Origin: Chrysomallon squamiferum
Lineage: Eukaryota; Animalia; Mollusca
Reading direction: 5' to 3'
Length of the DNA: 64,000 bases
NCBI GenBank assembly: GCA_012295275.1
Contig: CM022678.1
Location: 14,694,001 to 14,758,000, forward strand
The notes below the pieces were generated by a model. The model was not told the origin of the DNA and did no database searches. It saw only the letters and a program-made list of their open reading frames with translations. Made by a program: the position numbers and the translations under genes. Positions within the stretch are counted from its first letter, which is position 1. Every line of letters begins with the position of its first letter. Below, piece by piece: positions 39,501 through 53,800 of this stretch.

Positions 39501-42500
39501 ATGTTTGAGTTTTTATGCACAAATCCAAAATCAATAAAAATTGACCTAATGTATTGTCAGAATTATCTTATTAGTTGCCTGTATGCGAAGTGGCTACATT
39601 TGTGGAGTGACTCACACATTATAAGTTACTTTTATGAGAAATTTCATTTGCAGTACTTTTATGTTGATAAATGTATCAGTAAAAACAAAATTTATATTGG
39701 AAATGTTTCAAGAAAGTTCCTGTTTTCATCACTGATATAGTTCATAAAGGGCAGGTAAGCCACAAATTGTTTACTCTGATAGTTACTTGTAATATTTAAA
39801 AATTAATTTTTCACTTTAATAAAGTTGTTTTGATATGTAAATTTGACTAATTTCAACTTAACTGAAACAGAAGAAAACATTAATCTAGATGATTCTAAGT
39901 GATAAGTCATATCTTATATATGTTGTCAGATACCACAACCCAGCAGTTAAAATAAACCCCACTTAAACAGAAAAAATATGTATTAAAATGATTAAAATAG
40001 ATTGAAATAAAGTTCTATCTTCTGCTAAAACAAAGTTATTTAAGTGTGTTGAAATCTTACCTCCTATTGTTGTTATATTCTGTTCAGGATCCTTCATAAT
40101 GGTTTCCACACTGTGACTGCGACTTGGTGAAGGTCTGTGGATTCCTGGAATACTTCTGTCCAATATAAGACCACCACCAGGTCCAACTAAATGTAGAGTG
40201 TGGCCATGAGTTCTTACTGCAGACATATGACTTTCTTCTGAATGATAGCTTTGTGGTTTGTGAGACTGCAATAAACACGAAAAATATGTATTAATAATCT
40301 CTTTAACCACATCCAGAATCACAGTGTAAGTATGTTAATCATATAAAACATTTTTAACTGACCTAAAAGGTATTCTGTTTGATTAAAAATGTTTATACAT
40401 ATATTATTAATTATTTTTTTTTAAAAAGGGTTTAATCTAAATGTGTGTGTGTGTGTGTGTGTCTAAAAAAATATTAAACAAAACAGATAAGGCATAATAT
40501 TAAAATAATTAGAATAAAATGTTCTGAATAATATTTCTAATCCTTGATATCTAGTCTATATCAACTATGTTTGTTACATAAAGCATTCCTGTAGACGAAC
40601 ATGTGCAGATTAGTCACTTTCTCAGAGGTGTTTCATGTCAAGATTGTGAATGAATAAATCAGTAAATTAAACGTTCACATTTATTATGATTTAAATACCA
40701 CTAGTAAATACAACTATATATAAACAAAAGAAATTATCTGTTAATAACCATTTTACTTATTTTTACTTTTTTTTTAATATTACTGTTATTAGTTTAACTT
40801 TGAGGCAATTGTTTAATATCTGAAGTGCCTAAAATCAGCAGTTAATTATTAAAGAAGTAACTTTGAACAATCAAAGTCAATATAGTTTGTTCCAAAAAGT
40901 TATATTCTGATAAATCTACCATTACCTCTTTTTGACTGTGGTTATTCTTTTCCTTTAACACGAGACCAGGGTATAGAAATTATTTCATTAGTTTTTTAAA
41001 CCCCTACCAATTTAAACTGTTTTCTTTTTTCTTTAACTATTCTTAGAAATAGTACAACAAATGCCATTTTTAAGGCTGAGAAATAAAAAATAGCAATGTG
41101 TGTGTGTGTGTGTTTGTGTTTATCCTGCAATGTAGTGGCAAGATATGATGACTATATAAAAACTAGCATGGATCAAAAATATAACTTTTAATTTACTGAT
41201 TTATTCTTTCACAATCTTGACGTGAAACACCTTTGGTCTGAGAAAATGACAATCTATTGAATAATATTGTAATACATAAACATTAGTATGGCCAGTGAAA
41301 TAAGATATATCAACAATAATCTGAAACTTGATAACAAATCCCAGAATACCTAGTAACTCTTATCTGTTCTATTACTACTCTTGCCATAAACATATATATA
41401 TATTTTTTTTAATGGGCAAAAATGTAGAACAAAACAAAGTTCTGATATTTATCTGTGTTAATTTAAAAGTACAGAACAAAACAAATGTTACAGAACTATA
41501 AAATAAAAATAGATATGAAATGTAAATGATTTACACACTTTCTTGACAAAATCTACTTTTTTATTGTAACAAGTCATCTAATCCAAAATATAACATAAAT
41601 AAATAAAAACAACTCTGTTCCTATAACGAGCTAAAAGTAAAAGCAGTCCAAATAAATGCTCAGTACAGAGGTAACATGATACACGTCCTAACACAAGAAT
41701 ACCCTGGATTATAGCACACGTTGTGAAGCATGAAGCAAAGTGGATTTTCTGATTATCTGAATGCCAGGTTTGCTTGCAAGGAACAATTCCATTTAGACAA
41801 AAATGATTAACAGATGTACTACACCAGTGGGAAGGCACATCTGGTCAAGAGATCAGGTTTAAGCCCAGAAAGTGATTAGCACCAGAAATAGACAAAGTAA
41901 AATTGGATATGTTAGGTAAGATTGAGAATTAAATGTTGAAGGTTTTGTGACTTTAGCTTAACTTTCAAACAGAGAGTTTTAATAGTCAAAACAGAATTTT
42001 AGATATACAAGCCAGTTTTCCCAATAAAATAATATATGTTTTGGTTACATTATGAAATTTATTATAATCACATATATTCAAAACTTTAAATCTTTAACTC
42101 TTAATCTTTCAGACATTTATAAAAGTGGTACTGAATTGTGCCATATACTACCTAATTAACTAACACATCATGATCTTCTTTCTCTGCCTACATACTCAAA
42201 GTTTAACTTTGTTTCCTTTTTTTCATTTCAGTTTTTATTTTTACTGCATTTTATAATGTCAATACTTTTAAAGTTTTAAATCAGTGTTGTTACTAAAATC
42301 CTTATTTTCAAAAAAAAGAATACACATTCGGTTGCTGAAAATTATAAGATACAGTATGTAATAAACACATCTGTTTTCACAGTATACCTTTTTTATTTTC
42401 TCATTTATTTTTTTTTATGATTTTTTCAGTGTTATTATTATTACTTTTTAAATATGAGATATGTTCAGTTATTTGCTAAAAAAAACCCACCAAAAACCCG

Positions 42501-43865
42501 ACAACAACGGTTCACTGCATTCTATTTAAAATATTTGTATTAGCTATATGAACAAGCAGAAAATCTATATACGTAATTCAAGAAGTCAAGCTTGGTGTAA
42601 ACAATTTGTAAGTAATATTTTTTAGATATCTACATAATACAGCATTTCACAGACATTAATACTTTAAATAATCCTATTTCTGAAGAGAAATAAAAATTAC
42701 TTTTAAAATATTAAAAAAAATATATAATGATCATTTGCTATTTAAAAAAAAAAGAAGTCATGAATATTAAAAAAAAGAATAATAATAATGCTATAAATAA
42801 TATAAATATCCTAAAATTTGTTTTTCTAAGCAGATCTAAACTATATAACACTAAATATATTGATAACTTACACTCAGTTTAATGAGATATTATAAACCAT
42901 GCATGTTTTATATCTATTTACAGCAATTTGGAATACTGACTAATTCATCATTTTTATTTTCTGTTATTCTAGTTTAAATATACATTTGAAGATCAAATTA
43001 AGTACATAACTATAGCAAAATGATGCAAATAAGTTGTATGAAATAAACATTTAAGATATATACATCTAGACAAAACAGGTTATTTTCTTTTGGAAGATTA
43101 TTTTTTATTATAATTATTATTATGTATGTTTATTGTTTTTATTATTATCATCATTACATTCTTTTTTTTTTTTTTTTTTTTTTTTGACTTTAACTTTGTA
43201 ATTTGTTGATATAGTTTTAATTTTCATTGAATAATGAATAAAATAATTTTTAATGCATAAAAATATGTTTTTGTACTAAGAAAATCTGTTGAATATATAT
43301 TATTATATATGAAACAATTCGTGATAGTTAACTTCTCACAAATTTGTGATTATTTTGACTTTGTTGCGATTTAAATGTGGCTAAATAAAAGGATTACAAA
43401 TACTTACGTTAATCTTCTGTGACACATAACACATTAATTACGAATTTGGCATGTAGTTTAACTTAAAATTTGGTTGTTCCTTCTGTCCAATGTTGAACGT
43501 CATTTTAATGCTTAGTTAATGTAGTTAGCCTGTAAATTACAATGTACCCAATACTTCCTTTCCTCTTAATACAGTAGACTGATGCGATACGTTTCTTATG
43601 TGCTGGAATGATTCCATAATTATGCTAATACCTATAACTTTAACAGACTCGTAGCCTAGTTTAGTAATTAGGTTTAACTTTGGAACTGTAGGTGACAGCA
43701 AATATTGAAATACCAAATCAAAATTAATAACACTTAACAGTCAATATCCAAACTTCACGAGTTTATCAAAATATAACTCACGTGCGATTCTAAGTTCACT
43801 GCGGTTGGGGTGTTAGCGGCTACCCATGCCTCTGCAAAAGTCTCCATAGCTGCATGGAAGTCCAT
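13477..43865 (-). CDS. dve: dve/Compass isoform B (predicted): ULD/CMP + SATB-like CUTL + one homeodomain, 431 aa
   Basis: Shared exons 43865-43782, 40265-40061, 23487-23278, 23055-22929, then B-specific 14503-14280 and 13922-13477. Total 1296 nt, open frame. The phase-2 donor at 22929 joins the phase-2 acceptor at 14503 (AG+T=Ser). B exon 1: LKHVDWTTIWDDHAVRCATLGLLKELNQPTLAKLSPLCQSMISNIANGKYVNKLSMEKCKEFGEWYKQYK. B exon 2 homeodomain: TRLTFHPQHEVPLLKSWY...RLKLWWKNEKQKERR. Confidence 0.78.
14730..15320. repeat. Degenerate ~25-bp minisatellite-like array
   Basis: Recurring variants of TACTGA(T/C)ATCA(A/T)TAAC; block ~15165-15280 resembles ~14820-14950. Confidence 0.5.
16820..16913 (-). repeat. 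~95-bp duplicated block with AATAAA, downstream of dve module A stop
   Basis: Near-identical to 13208-13302; TTTATT (AATAAA on minus) at 16829-16834. Confidence 0.85.
19588..43865 (-). CDS. dve: dve/Compass isoform A: Defective proventriculus-type homeobox protein (ULD/CMP + CUTL + two K50 homeodomains), 742 aa
   Basis: Exons 43865-43782 (MDFHAAMETFAEAWVAANT..), 40265-40061, 23487-23278 (KSLPIHCIVEQ..LDSYAIL..ALVKLGY), 23055-22929 (IQIKNWKPL..ELTNVATLRI), 21425-21320 (EVKEKLLQLLLSQSHSLLNQTGCPI), 21084-19588. Total 2229 nt, all GT-AG, phases consistent. HD1 RTRVRTSFDPEHEIPRLHKWF..IYWFKNARAAQRR and HD2 RKRRTRVFIDPLTEIPKLEKWF..QLWFKNHRAKVKR match recalled Dve/DVE-1. Confidence 0.92.
32923..32998. 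repeat. (TG)n microsatellite
   Basis: Directly visible; explains the VC-repeat ORFs at 32897-33119. Confidence 0.95.
34755..35340. mobile_element. Tc2/pogo-like MITE, copy 2, in the large dve intron
   Basis: TA|CCGTATATACTTGTGTA ... TACACAAGTATATACGG|TA, colinear with 6704-7272; carries an extra ~16-bp internal repeat around GTGCAAGTTA (~35135-35160). Confidence 0.9.
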
Positions 43866-44460
43866 TCCACGCGCCCTGGAAGTGGAACTATCGTCTGCTT
43901 CAGCAATGGCCGACAAGACAATGGCTCAGTCCCTTTAAGACCTAACAATATGCTCAGAAGGATTATCCTCTCAGTGCGATTACATTAATCGGAATACCCT
44001 TCCAATACTTTAGGTCCGGTTCACCCTTCTTCCTGAACTCTGTCATATTGTGAATTCTTATAGACAGAGAATTCTTTGATTATTGTTGTGAAACGGGAAA
44101 TTTTTGCCAGGTCTCTAACCTCCCTCTAAAGATAAAGCTGCTCAGATCCTAAGAGGATTAGTCGACCTGATTGTGCATGTAAATAGTTGTCACTTGGCGC
44201 ATTGATATATAGTTCTTATTCCTTCAGTAAGTAATATTTATACATTTTTTCAAGAGGGTAAAATATTTGCATGTACAACTGAGCTTAATACTTGGCATTT
44301 TAAAAGTAAACATTATTGTAATCTTGGCATTTCATCACGTCAGTGGGCGGTATGTCGACGCTCTTGCGCACGAATATCTACATGGTTGATCCACGTAATT
44401 AGGTCAAAGATTAACATGGGTACCGTTAGCGGTAATCATTACACATAATGTGTTTAAATG
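43866..44460 (-). promoter_or_regulatory. Putative dve 5'UTR and promoter
   Basis: Locally GC/CpG-richer stretch upstream of the ATG. GC-box GGGCGG (~44345), CRE-like ACGTCA (~44337), GGATTA at 43960 and 44155. Confidence 0.45.
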
Positions 44461-44826
44461 CTGTGATAGAACTGGCAGATTCAGAAATAAAAAATTATTA
44501 TTATTATTATTATTATTATTATTTACAAAAGTATGATAGTTTTTTTTTCATTTTATTTTATTTTTTCATTTAATGATAAAATATGAATTTGATAATAAAT
44601 AAATAAAATAAATAAATATTTTTTTGGTTGTGACCATCCACAAAGGCGTGTTGATGATCAGGCTGAATATATTAAAATAGGAGGGAATGGAAATCGGCTC
44701 ATGATTCAATGTACCTGTAGGTTGAAAGGTTTGATTTTTTGAATGTTACGTTAATTAACAGCGAGAATACATGATTATTGAGAAGATAAGTTTACCAGTA
44801 TAAAACATTTATGTCGAACATTTTTG

Positions 44827-44879
<53 letters not shown>

Positions 44880-45130
44880 TAAATATGAATCCAATTTTTA
44901 TTTTATTCTTCACAATCAGAGCGGTGATATCATCGATATCGTGGCAAACTGACAAAAAGAATATTAATTAGAGCAATCAATCCACCATGTCCCGTGAATA
45001 TATATATATAATTGTGACGACCTATTTTGAAAATTTATTTTCTTGTTATACTTTATTATTATTTATTAATAAAGGGGGGAAAAAAAAAAAAAAAAAAAAA
45101 AACTAAATAACAAAGAAATAAATAACTAAG

Positions 45131-45195
<65 letters not shown>

Positions 45196-45436
45196 TTCGA
45201 ATTATGCAAAATATATTTATAGTGTTTGTTTATAATTACTAAATATAAGCATTGAATTGTATAAAAAATGTGGCTGGTGAACTTTAAGATGATTAATGTA
45301 TTCAACATAACTGTAGGCGTAATGATTTATTTAAATAAAAATTAAATAAAGAACATTTTATTAAAATGTATATATGTATGTCTATGTATGCATATAAACA
45401 CATACACGTAAACGTTTGTTGTTATTGTTTGCGTAT

Positions 45437-45475
<39 letters not shown>

Positions 45476-45681
45476 TATTTAAATATTATCTACTAGGTTA
45501 TGATTGTTCGCTATGACGGCCGCAATTTATAAAATGCAAAAGACTGGCGGTACTGGTTTTTATTTATTTATTTTTAATTATAGATAGAAAAATAAATAAA
45601 TAGACAATTTGAATGACATTTTGTAGGCATTTAGTTAGAAAAGTAATAAAACAGTGACTATTTTCTTTTGAACAATAAAAC

Positions 45682-45685
<4 letters not shown>

Positions 45686-45755
<70 letters not shown>
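45686..45755. repeat. (GA)n microsatellite upstream of TM9SF1
   Basis: Directly visible; explains the RE-repeat ORF at 45684-45932. Confidence 0.95.
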
Positions 45756-45758
<3 letters not shown>

Positions 45759-46073
45759 ATAATATTAATTAAGATCAATAATATTTATCTAATAAAAATA
45801 ACCGTTTTTATTTTTTCTATCCGAATCGATGAAAGGATTGATGATATGGGTATTTCGTGTTGGTCTCCCCTTTCACATTTCGTTCTCGGAAGTTATCGAT
45901 TATATACGAATATTGTACGTCGTAAAATATAAAAAAAATAAAATTAAATCGATATTTTAATAATATTTAATTATCTAACCTAACGTTTTCGTTTAGAATG
46001 AAAATATATTTTACGTCTTTTGTTTTGTATTATTAATCTCACAGAAGCGATAAGTGACAAAACTAATAACAAA

Positions 46074-49000
46074 ATGGCGGCGATCACTGTCGTTACGTGG
46101 TCACTTTGTATTTTATTTGTAAACAGTGCAACATACAAAGACGGGCAAGAGGTAATAGAAATTGAAAATTATTTTTACTTTTAAATAAAAAATATCAAAT
46201 TATGTAAGATGAATGCCTATTTTTTACAATGCTGTTTATTTATTTTTTTAATTTTAATTTTAAATTTAATTAAAATCAAATTTAAGTTGCAGTCAATTTA
46301 TAATCATGATAATAATAATAATAATATTCATTGGAATTCACCCGTATTATTTTTTGATGCAGAAATGTACACCCAAACGAAAGAAGTATTACAAATACAA
46401 ACAATTATGAATTAATGAACGATACAGTAAGTGAGTAGCTGAATCTAATTCACTAAATAATGATTGTGTGTGTGACAGTATTTTCAGATATTTCCTATAA
46501 ATATATATAAGAAAGAGCAAAACCAGCAGATTAAAATGACACTAGTATCACTTTGATGGTTTGATCTAAAAGAAATGATCAATTTTGATCTGAGTAGAAT
46601 TTGCTGGCATTATCCCATCAAAGTCAGTGGAAGAACTGTGATTTGTTTCAGTCATTTGTCAACATAAACCATTTAATATCTCATACAGTTTCAAACCAAT
46701 ACACTTAAAATATCTATCACAACGAAGCTTTTGATGAGTTCTAGAACCATACAGTGTTGAGTATATTTAAGCATGCTGGTAACACATGAATTTTAATGAA
46801 TTAACTGCTCTAAGTAGCAAACATGAACTGTAACAAAGCATGCATATAAGCTTGGATACTTACTTGCTAAGAACTTTTTTCGTTATCAGCACCTTTATCT
46901 AAAACTGGACTGTTAGGCCACACAATTATTCAGTCACACAATAAAATAACTATATTGCATGTTTAGTGGCCCTGAAAAATCAAACTTCACAGAAATCAAG
47001 ATGGTCATAAATACCACACATATCATTCCAAGTTAAGTACTTGCTGCTGAAATACATGTATGAAATTTGGCAGACTAAGAAAGAAAAGCATAAACTGCAT
47101 ATATATGTTCTAAGTTTTAAAAACATTTATCTTTGTCAATCAGTTTGAAAGAGTAAACTAGTCTGATAATTCTCCAGAGGCTCACATGGCAAGAATGACC
47201 ACAGAGAAGAAGTTGAATCTAAACTATGTCAAGATGTTCATTGTTTTGGAAAATATGTTAAAACAAAGACAAAACAGAAGTTTGAATGAGGGAATCCCTT
47301 GCAAGAAAATGGATTATGCATGGCAGTTTTTCACTGTGTGCCTCTAATCTTGTTACTTTTGGTTGTCAACCTGTTTTATGGGATTTTAAAAATAATAATA
47401 ACTTGATAATCATCAACTACTACACAACAACAAATTATTTATTTTACAAATTTATTTATTTTATTATTAGTATAATTTTAATTTTATTTTTTTCAGGTGA
47501 AACTTTATGTAAATAAAGTTGGACCATATTTTAATCCTCATGAAACATACCATTATTATCAACTGCCTGTATGCAGACCATCAAAAGTAAGTGACCACAT
47601 ATCACTATAATTTTAATTGTTGAAAAAACACATGACTCTACAGAGTTTGCTTTTGTAGGTATGTCCATTTTCTAATGTTGTTAATATTGCCTTTCAGTTG
47701 AAAATAATTACAAAGATATTGTAGATACAGTTATTAATAATTTTGTTTTCTTTTCTCAACTATTAATAAATTGAATGATAAACATTATCATAAATTTTCT
47801 TTAAAACTGTATTGTTTTAATAACAAAACTCCTTCATATTCTTGAATTATGAATAAAATAGTTTTGTATTTTTTCAGATCGAACATAAAAGTCTCACACT
47901 TGGAGAGGTTTTGGATGGGGATAGGATGGCTGAATCACTTTATCAGATAAAATTTAAACGTACATACATTTTTATCTAGAGATCTGTGATATATATAACA
48001 ACATGAAATACTAATACTAATACTAAATGAAGAACAGATATCTAACTTTAAAAACATCATGCTAACATTTTTTTTCCTTTTGAATTTTCATTCCCTACAA
48101 AGGATTTATTTTTATTTTTTTATATATATATATATATTTTTTTTTTTGGTGTGTTATAATTTTTAATGGTGCAGTATTTTCACTTGCAGAGAATGCAGAC
48201 AAAAAAGAGTTGTGCATGGTATCATATACCACTTCAGAGCTTGAACTGTTGAAAAATGCCATTGAAGATCTCTACTACTTTGAGTTTGTTATAGGTGTGT
48301 AAACACAGTATCATTATTTTATATCTCATGTAAAAAAAATAATTATTTTATGTTAAATTAATTTTTTTTATTAATAAACTGAAATAAACTAGTCCTGAAA
48401 AATTATTACATTTGTATTATTGTGTAATTTATTTTTCAGGCATAACAGAAAAAGTAAAATAATTTAAAAAAACAAATTAATTTAAATAATTAATAAAATT
48501 TAATTAAATAAGAATCACTGTTTCATTGTTGAAAGAAAGCTTATGATTTGAATACAAACCGAATTTATATCTGAATGCATTTCATTTCAACCTATTTGGA
48601 ATACTTTTTAATACTTATTTTTATGTATTTTTAATTATTTATACATTTAGATGATATTCCTTTGAGAGGTTTCATTGGTCATTTAGAAGAAGGTGGATTT
48701 CTTCCTCACAATCACAAGGTGTATCTGTGGGCACATCTACACTTCAATATAGAATATAATGGTGACCATGTAAGTTTCCTGTATGTTTGTAATAACAGCC
48801 ACGATTATATTTGTAACAATCAAAGTAATGCTAACTTGAGCTGTTTTTCTAATTGGAATCGGCAGTCTTGTTTTTCTTGATATACAGTTTTAGATACCTA
48901 TGCATTTGAGAAAACAGTTCGAAATCAATTTATTTATAATTGTTGTATTTAATTCACTTTTTAATTAACTGTTTATTAATATTGCAGAACATCACCAAAT

Positions 49001-50823
49001 TTTGTTATTTCTTTTGTAGTTTTTATACAAATATTTATTACGTATTACTCTGCTTGTTTTTAATTACAAAATGTCATTAAAGTAAATATTAAAATCTTTT
49101 AATTGTGTTTCATTTAGATTATTTATGCGAATGTTTCAACAAAAGAACAAGCTCCTGTCAGTCTGGATGGTGTAACAACACCTTTTGAAGTGGCTTTTAC
49201 CTACAGCGTCCAGTGGCATCAAACCAGGTGTCACGTTTTTATATATTTAAAAAACACAGAATTTGTCTCTAATTATTTGGAGGATTTGTACTATTGTAGA
49301 TAAAATAATCCCATTCAAAAAGTCTTCTTATAAATAAGAAATAAAATAATTTCTATATTTCATTTGAAACTGTATTTATATCCTTTTTTCACAGTTTGTT
49401 TGTTTTATTTCTAAAGTTAATAATAATGTCTGATTTCAGTTTGAAATATGAAAATAGACTTAAAAGATTAAGAGACAGCAGCTTTTTCCCTAAAACTCTA
49501 GAAGTAAGTTCTTTTTATTTTTTCTCTAGTTACTGTAACTTTAATGGCCTAATCTCCATATTGCTGATCTTTTGCTGATTATAAAGTTTTTTTAAATTAA
49601 ATAAGACAGTGAAACAGTAGTGAAACAGTTTTATAATTATAAATGTAAAATTAAATTTCATTTGATTTATTCTTTTTAAATTTGTTTATTAACTATTTTT
49701 CTGTCTAAAGATATGTCATAACAATTAAAAGGTAAATAAGAGACTTCTGCACATACTATCTTATTTTTTTTTTTTGTCCTACTATTATTAGCAAAGATGA
49801 TAGAAAGATGGAAAAAGAACAGTAACTCACAATTCAAATAGTTTATTCATACCATCAAATCTTCATTTTAACATTAATAACTCTTTTTTTATACTACAGG
49901 GAGCTGTTTTTTAGTTTATTACAATATAAAAAATAAATTCTGCATATTTAAATAAGTAGATTTAATAAATACTATTTTTTATTTAATAAGTAAATTTTTG
50001 AAACTATTATACAGAAAAAAACTTTTTTTATTTTCAGATTCACTGGCTGTCAATCATCAATTCTATGGTTCTTGTGTTTCTCCTCATCGGATTTGTTATA
50101 ATCATTCTGGTAAATAAAATATGGTTGATTATTTAGTGTAAATTATAATTCATGGATAGTTAAAACCATATCTTTATTTTTACAAAATACATTTTTATTT
50201 TATTTCATTTAAACTTTTATTGGTGATTTTTAATGTTCCATTTCTGAATTATGCAGTCTTTTAATTTCTAAGAGGTAATCAAAGATATATTTTAAAAAAA
50301 TTCCAAGAAACCTATAATATGATAATAATGATTACTGTTTAATATCCTTTACTCATTGGTTTGCTTTTCAAAGATTAAAAAAGTTTAAAAAAACCAATGC
50401 TGTTTTTTTTCTGTTCTTCAGACCCGAGTATTAAAAAGTGACTTTGCACGTTACAACATGGATGAAGATGATGCTGAAGATTTGGATCAGGATGACAATG
50501 GATGGAAAATTATCCACACAGATGTATTTAGGTTTCCACCTCATAAAAACATTTTTTGTGCTATACTAGGTACAGTTTATATTCTTCTTATTTATCTTTT
50601 TTTTGAATGGTGCCAGTTTATAAAAAGATATCTTGTCTAAGAAATTAATAATTATAATGCAGAAAGAGAAAGAGATGCTGAGTGAGTGAAAGTGACAACA
50701 AGAATAACAAGAAAGTGACAACCAGTAAATCATTAATTATAACACTCTCTGTGTTATATCATGCAGCATGATTTTTGGCTGTCAGCAGCAAACCTGTTCA
50801 TATAATGTGAGTGTATGTATGTG

Positions 50824-50879
<56 letters not shown>

Positions 50880-53800
50880 GATACATATTATTTAAATAAT
50901 AAAAGTTTTGAGTCTTATTAAAATAAAGAAAACCTTTTTTTACATCTATCTCACCTCACCACAGAAATCTTGGTTTGATTGAGTGGATTGGATTGGTCTC
51001 CCTTTTTTAATTTCATTCTCAGAAGATTATTTGTTTATAAAGAAGCTAATTTTATCAGAACTTAATTTGTTATCAGTAGATAATTATGCAGAATACAATA
51101 TTAAAAAGAAGTGGTTACAGATAATTAAACATTATTTATAATGATAGCTTCTGAGGAATGAATAAGATATTTATAGATTTTTTTACAATTTCAGGAGTAG
51201 GAAGTCAGTTTCTGGCATTAGCTACTGGCATTTTGTTGATGGCTCTAAGTGGCATGTTTAATGTTCACCAGCATGGAGCCATCAATTCAGCTGCTATCAT
51301 CTTGTATGCCTTCACAGCATGTGAGTAATCAGACCTTAACTTCAGAGTAAATACAGCCCAGCTTTTGTATTTAAGCATGATAAAAAGAATTAAAAATGTC
51401 AATAATAAATCACTTGTTACCAAAATAGACTCTTTTGTTTTGGACAGTCATCAGCTCTATTCTTGTACAGCAAAAATATTGTCATCTTTTAACATAAATA
51501 TTTTTTAAATTCTATTTTGATACTATATTTCTTCACCAAATGAACTGTATGTAACATTTTACAGGTATCAGTGGCTATGTGTCTACAAATATGTTCCGCC
51601 GTATGGGTGGAGAAAATTGGGTGTGGATTATCAACTTAACATCTGCGTTATTTGCAGGTAATTAGGGTTATTACAGAATAAAATATATAGCCACAATAGC
51701 ATGCAGTTCTTTTATACCAACTGTTATTACTTGCAAATCTTGCCAAAACCAATGTAAGACTCAATAAAAAATATTTCAGGATTGGCTGCCAAAACATTTA
51801 CCAGTAACATCTGATGTCAGCATTTGAATTAAAAAATATGAATTTATGATAGTACTGATTGAAATGACATGTGAACATTTTTCTTAAGCTGTGAAACAAA
51901 GTGGGCTGAAACTGAAATGACTGGTTTGCTGTGTAGTATTAATAAACAGAATAACACATTTCTATATTGGATTCATTTGAAATTTAATCATCATCTTATT
52001 TACCATTTACTCGTTAGTATTCACCATTTACATCTTAGAACATAAAATGGCATTCCAGTGTTATTGAAATTTATATAAGTATCAAGAGTGTTTGTTAATT
52101 TTTATTCCTCAACAGGATCCTAAGTAAATATTTTTCTTGCATTAACATATTAAATTAATAATTAAAACAATTTTATAGGACGATTATTTATTTTTATTAT
52201 AATGTTTACAGACATTGTTCACATCACTTTATTTCAGCTCCATTCTTTTTCGTTTGGGCATTTATTAATTCTGTAGCCTGGGCTTATGGCACTACTCAGG
52301 CTCTGCCATGGACGACAATAATTTTACTTATTGCCTTGTGGATATTTGGTGAGTTGTAGTTTGTCATTTTTCATTTCAGTTTGAAAATAATACTGTTGTG
52401 ATGATAGTGAAATAAAATAATTGCTTTTAATATTTTACATTATTTTTCACTAAATTTTTTTGAAAATTGTGTCTTTTTTAAAAATTGTTAGTAATTTGTT
52501 GTAGAAGATAAAATGAAAACTGTAATAGTATTAAGAATAAAATTCAGATAAAGACAAAGGAAAACAAGGATTTGCACACAGAAGTGTTATTCAATTTTAA
52601 TAACAATAAACTTCATTAACCAATTATGTTGTCATACTAAATTTTTAAATACCAAATTTCAGTTGGTTACCCCTTGACTGTAGTTGGGGGTATTTTTGGC
52701 AAGAATTGGGCACATTCCTTCGATGCACCCTGCAGAACTAAAAATATTGCAAGAGAAATCCCAGATGTTCCTTGGTATCGATCAGCATTTGCACATTGTA
52801 TTGTTGGAGGTTTTCTGCCATTCAGGTAAGTTGACGTGTGATTGAGCAGGTAATTTTCAGTTTGAATTTATTGATTCACCTTCCCTTTAAGAATTCTGTA
52901 AACTGCTGGTACTATCTAAAAAACAACAGTTTCATTTACATCACATATTAATTTTTCTCTTAATTAAACTGTGAAATTTCCAAAAATTTCAAAAGAAATG
53001 GTGTATATTTGAAACACTTTTATTGTAAATTACTCTATAGAATTAATTGAAATTTTTAGAAATAATAAATGAATTCATAGTGAAATGTTTTATATGTGTT
53101 GATGAAAAAATAAATGAAGAGTATTTATTTTTTTTTCTCATTAATTAGTATAGCATGATCTCTGATAAGTATTGTTTAAATTTATATTGTTTGAAACCAG
53201 ATATTTATTTACAATTATGATGTTACATTTGCTATTTGTCACAGGGCTCACACCTTTAAACACCTTGGATGTTTTATTAAGGCTCAATCTAGGGTAACAA
53301 GGTGCTTTAATGGCCACCTAACAAGGAATATAAACACTAAATTGACTGCAATCTATATAAATCAATAAGTCACTAGACAAATAAACACAACACAAATTAA
53401 GATTCACGTTAATTATTTAGTTATGGTATATAGGTGACGATAATAATAAAACATATGTTTAAGTAATTTTGATTAATGATAGATTAAAACATTAAAATTT
53501 TAGGTATAATAAATGTTATTGACACAGGTTACACCCTATCAAAATAAGAATAGACGATGGTTTACCATACTCGTCTGTAAAGACAATGTCATTCAAAAAC
53601 ATTGGTTTTCCCCCCTGACTGAGCTTTTATATGGCCTTTTCCTTTTTTCTTTAATTATCAAATGCCAGCCCTTTTATAACAATGCCATGTTTTTGAAAAA
53701 TTGGCAGAAACAATAAAAAAGCGCAGATGTGATTACAGTTAAAATTAAAGTTTTGCAATTTCAGTTCCATCACATAAAAATAAAAAGTGGATGTGATTGA

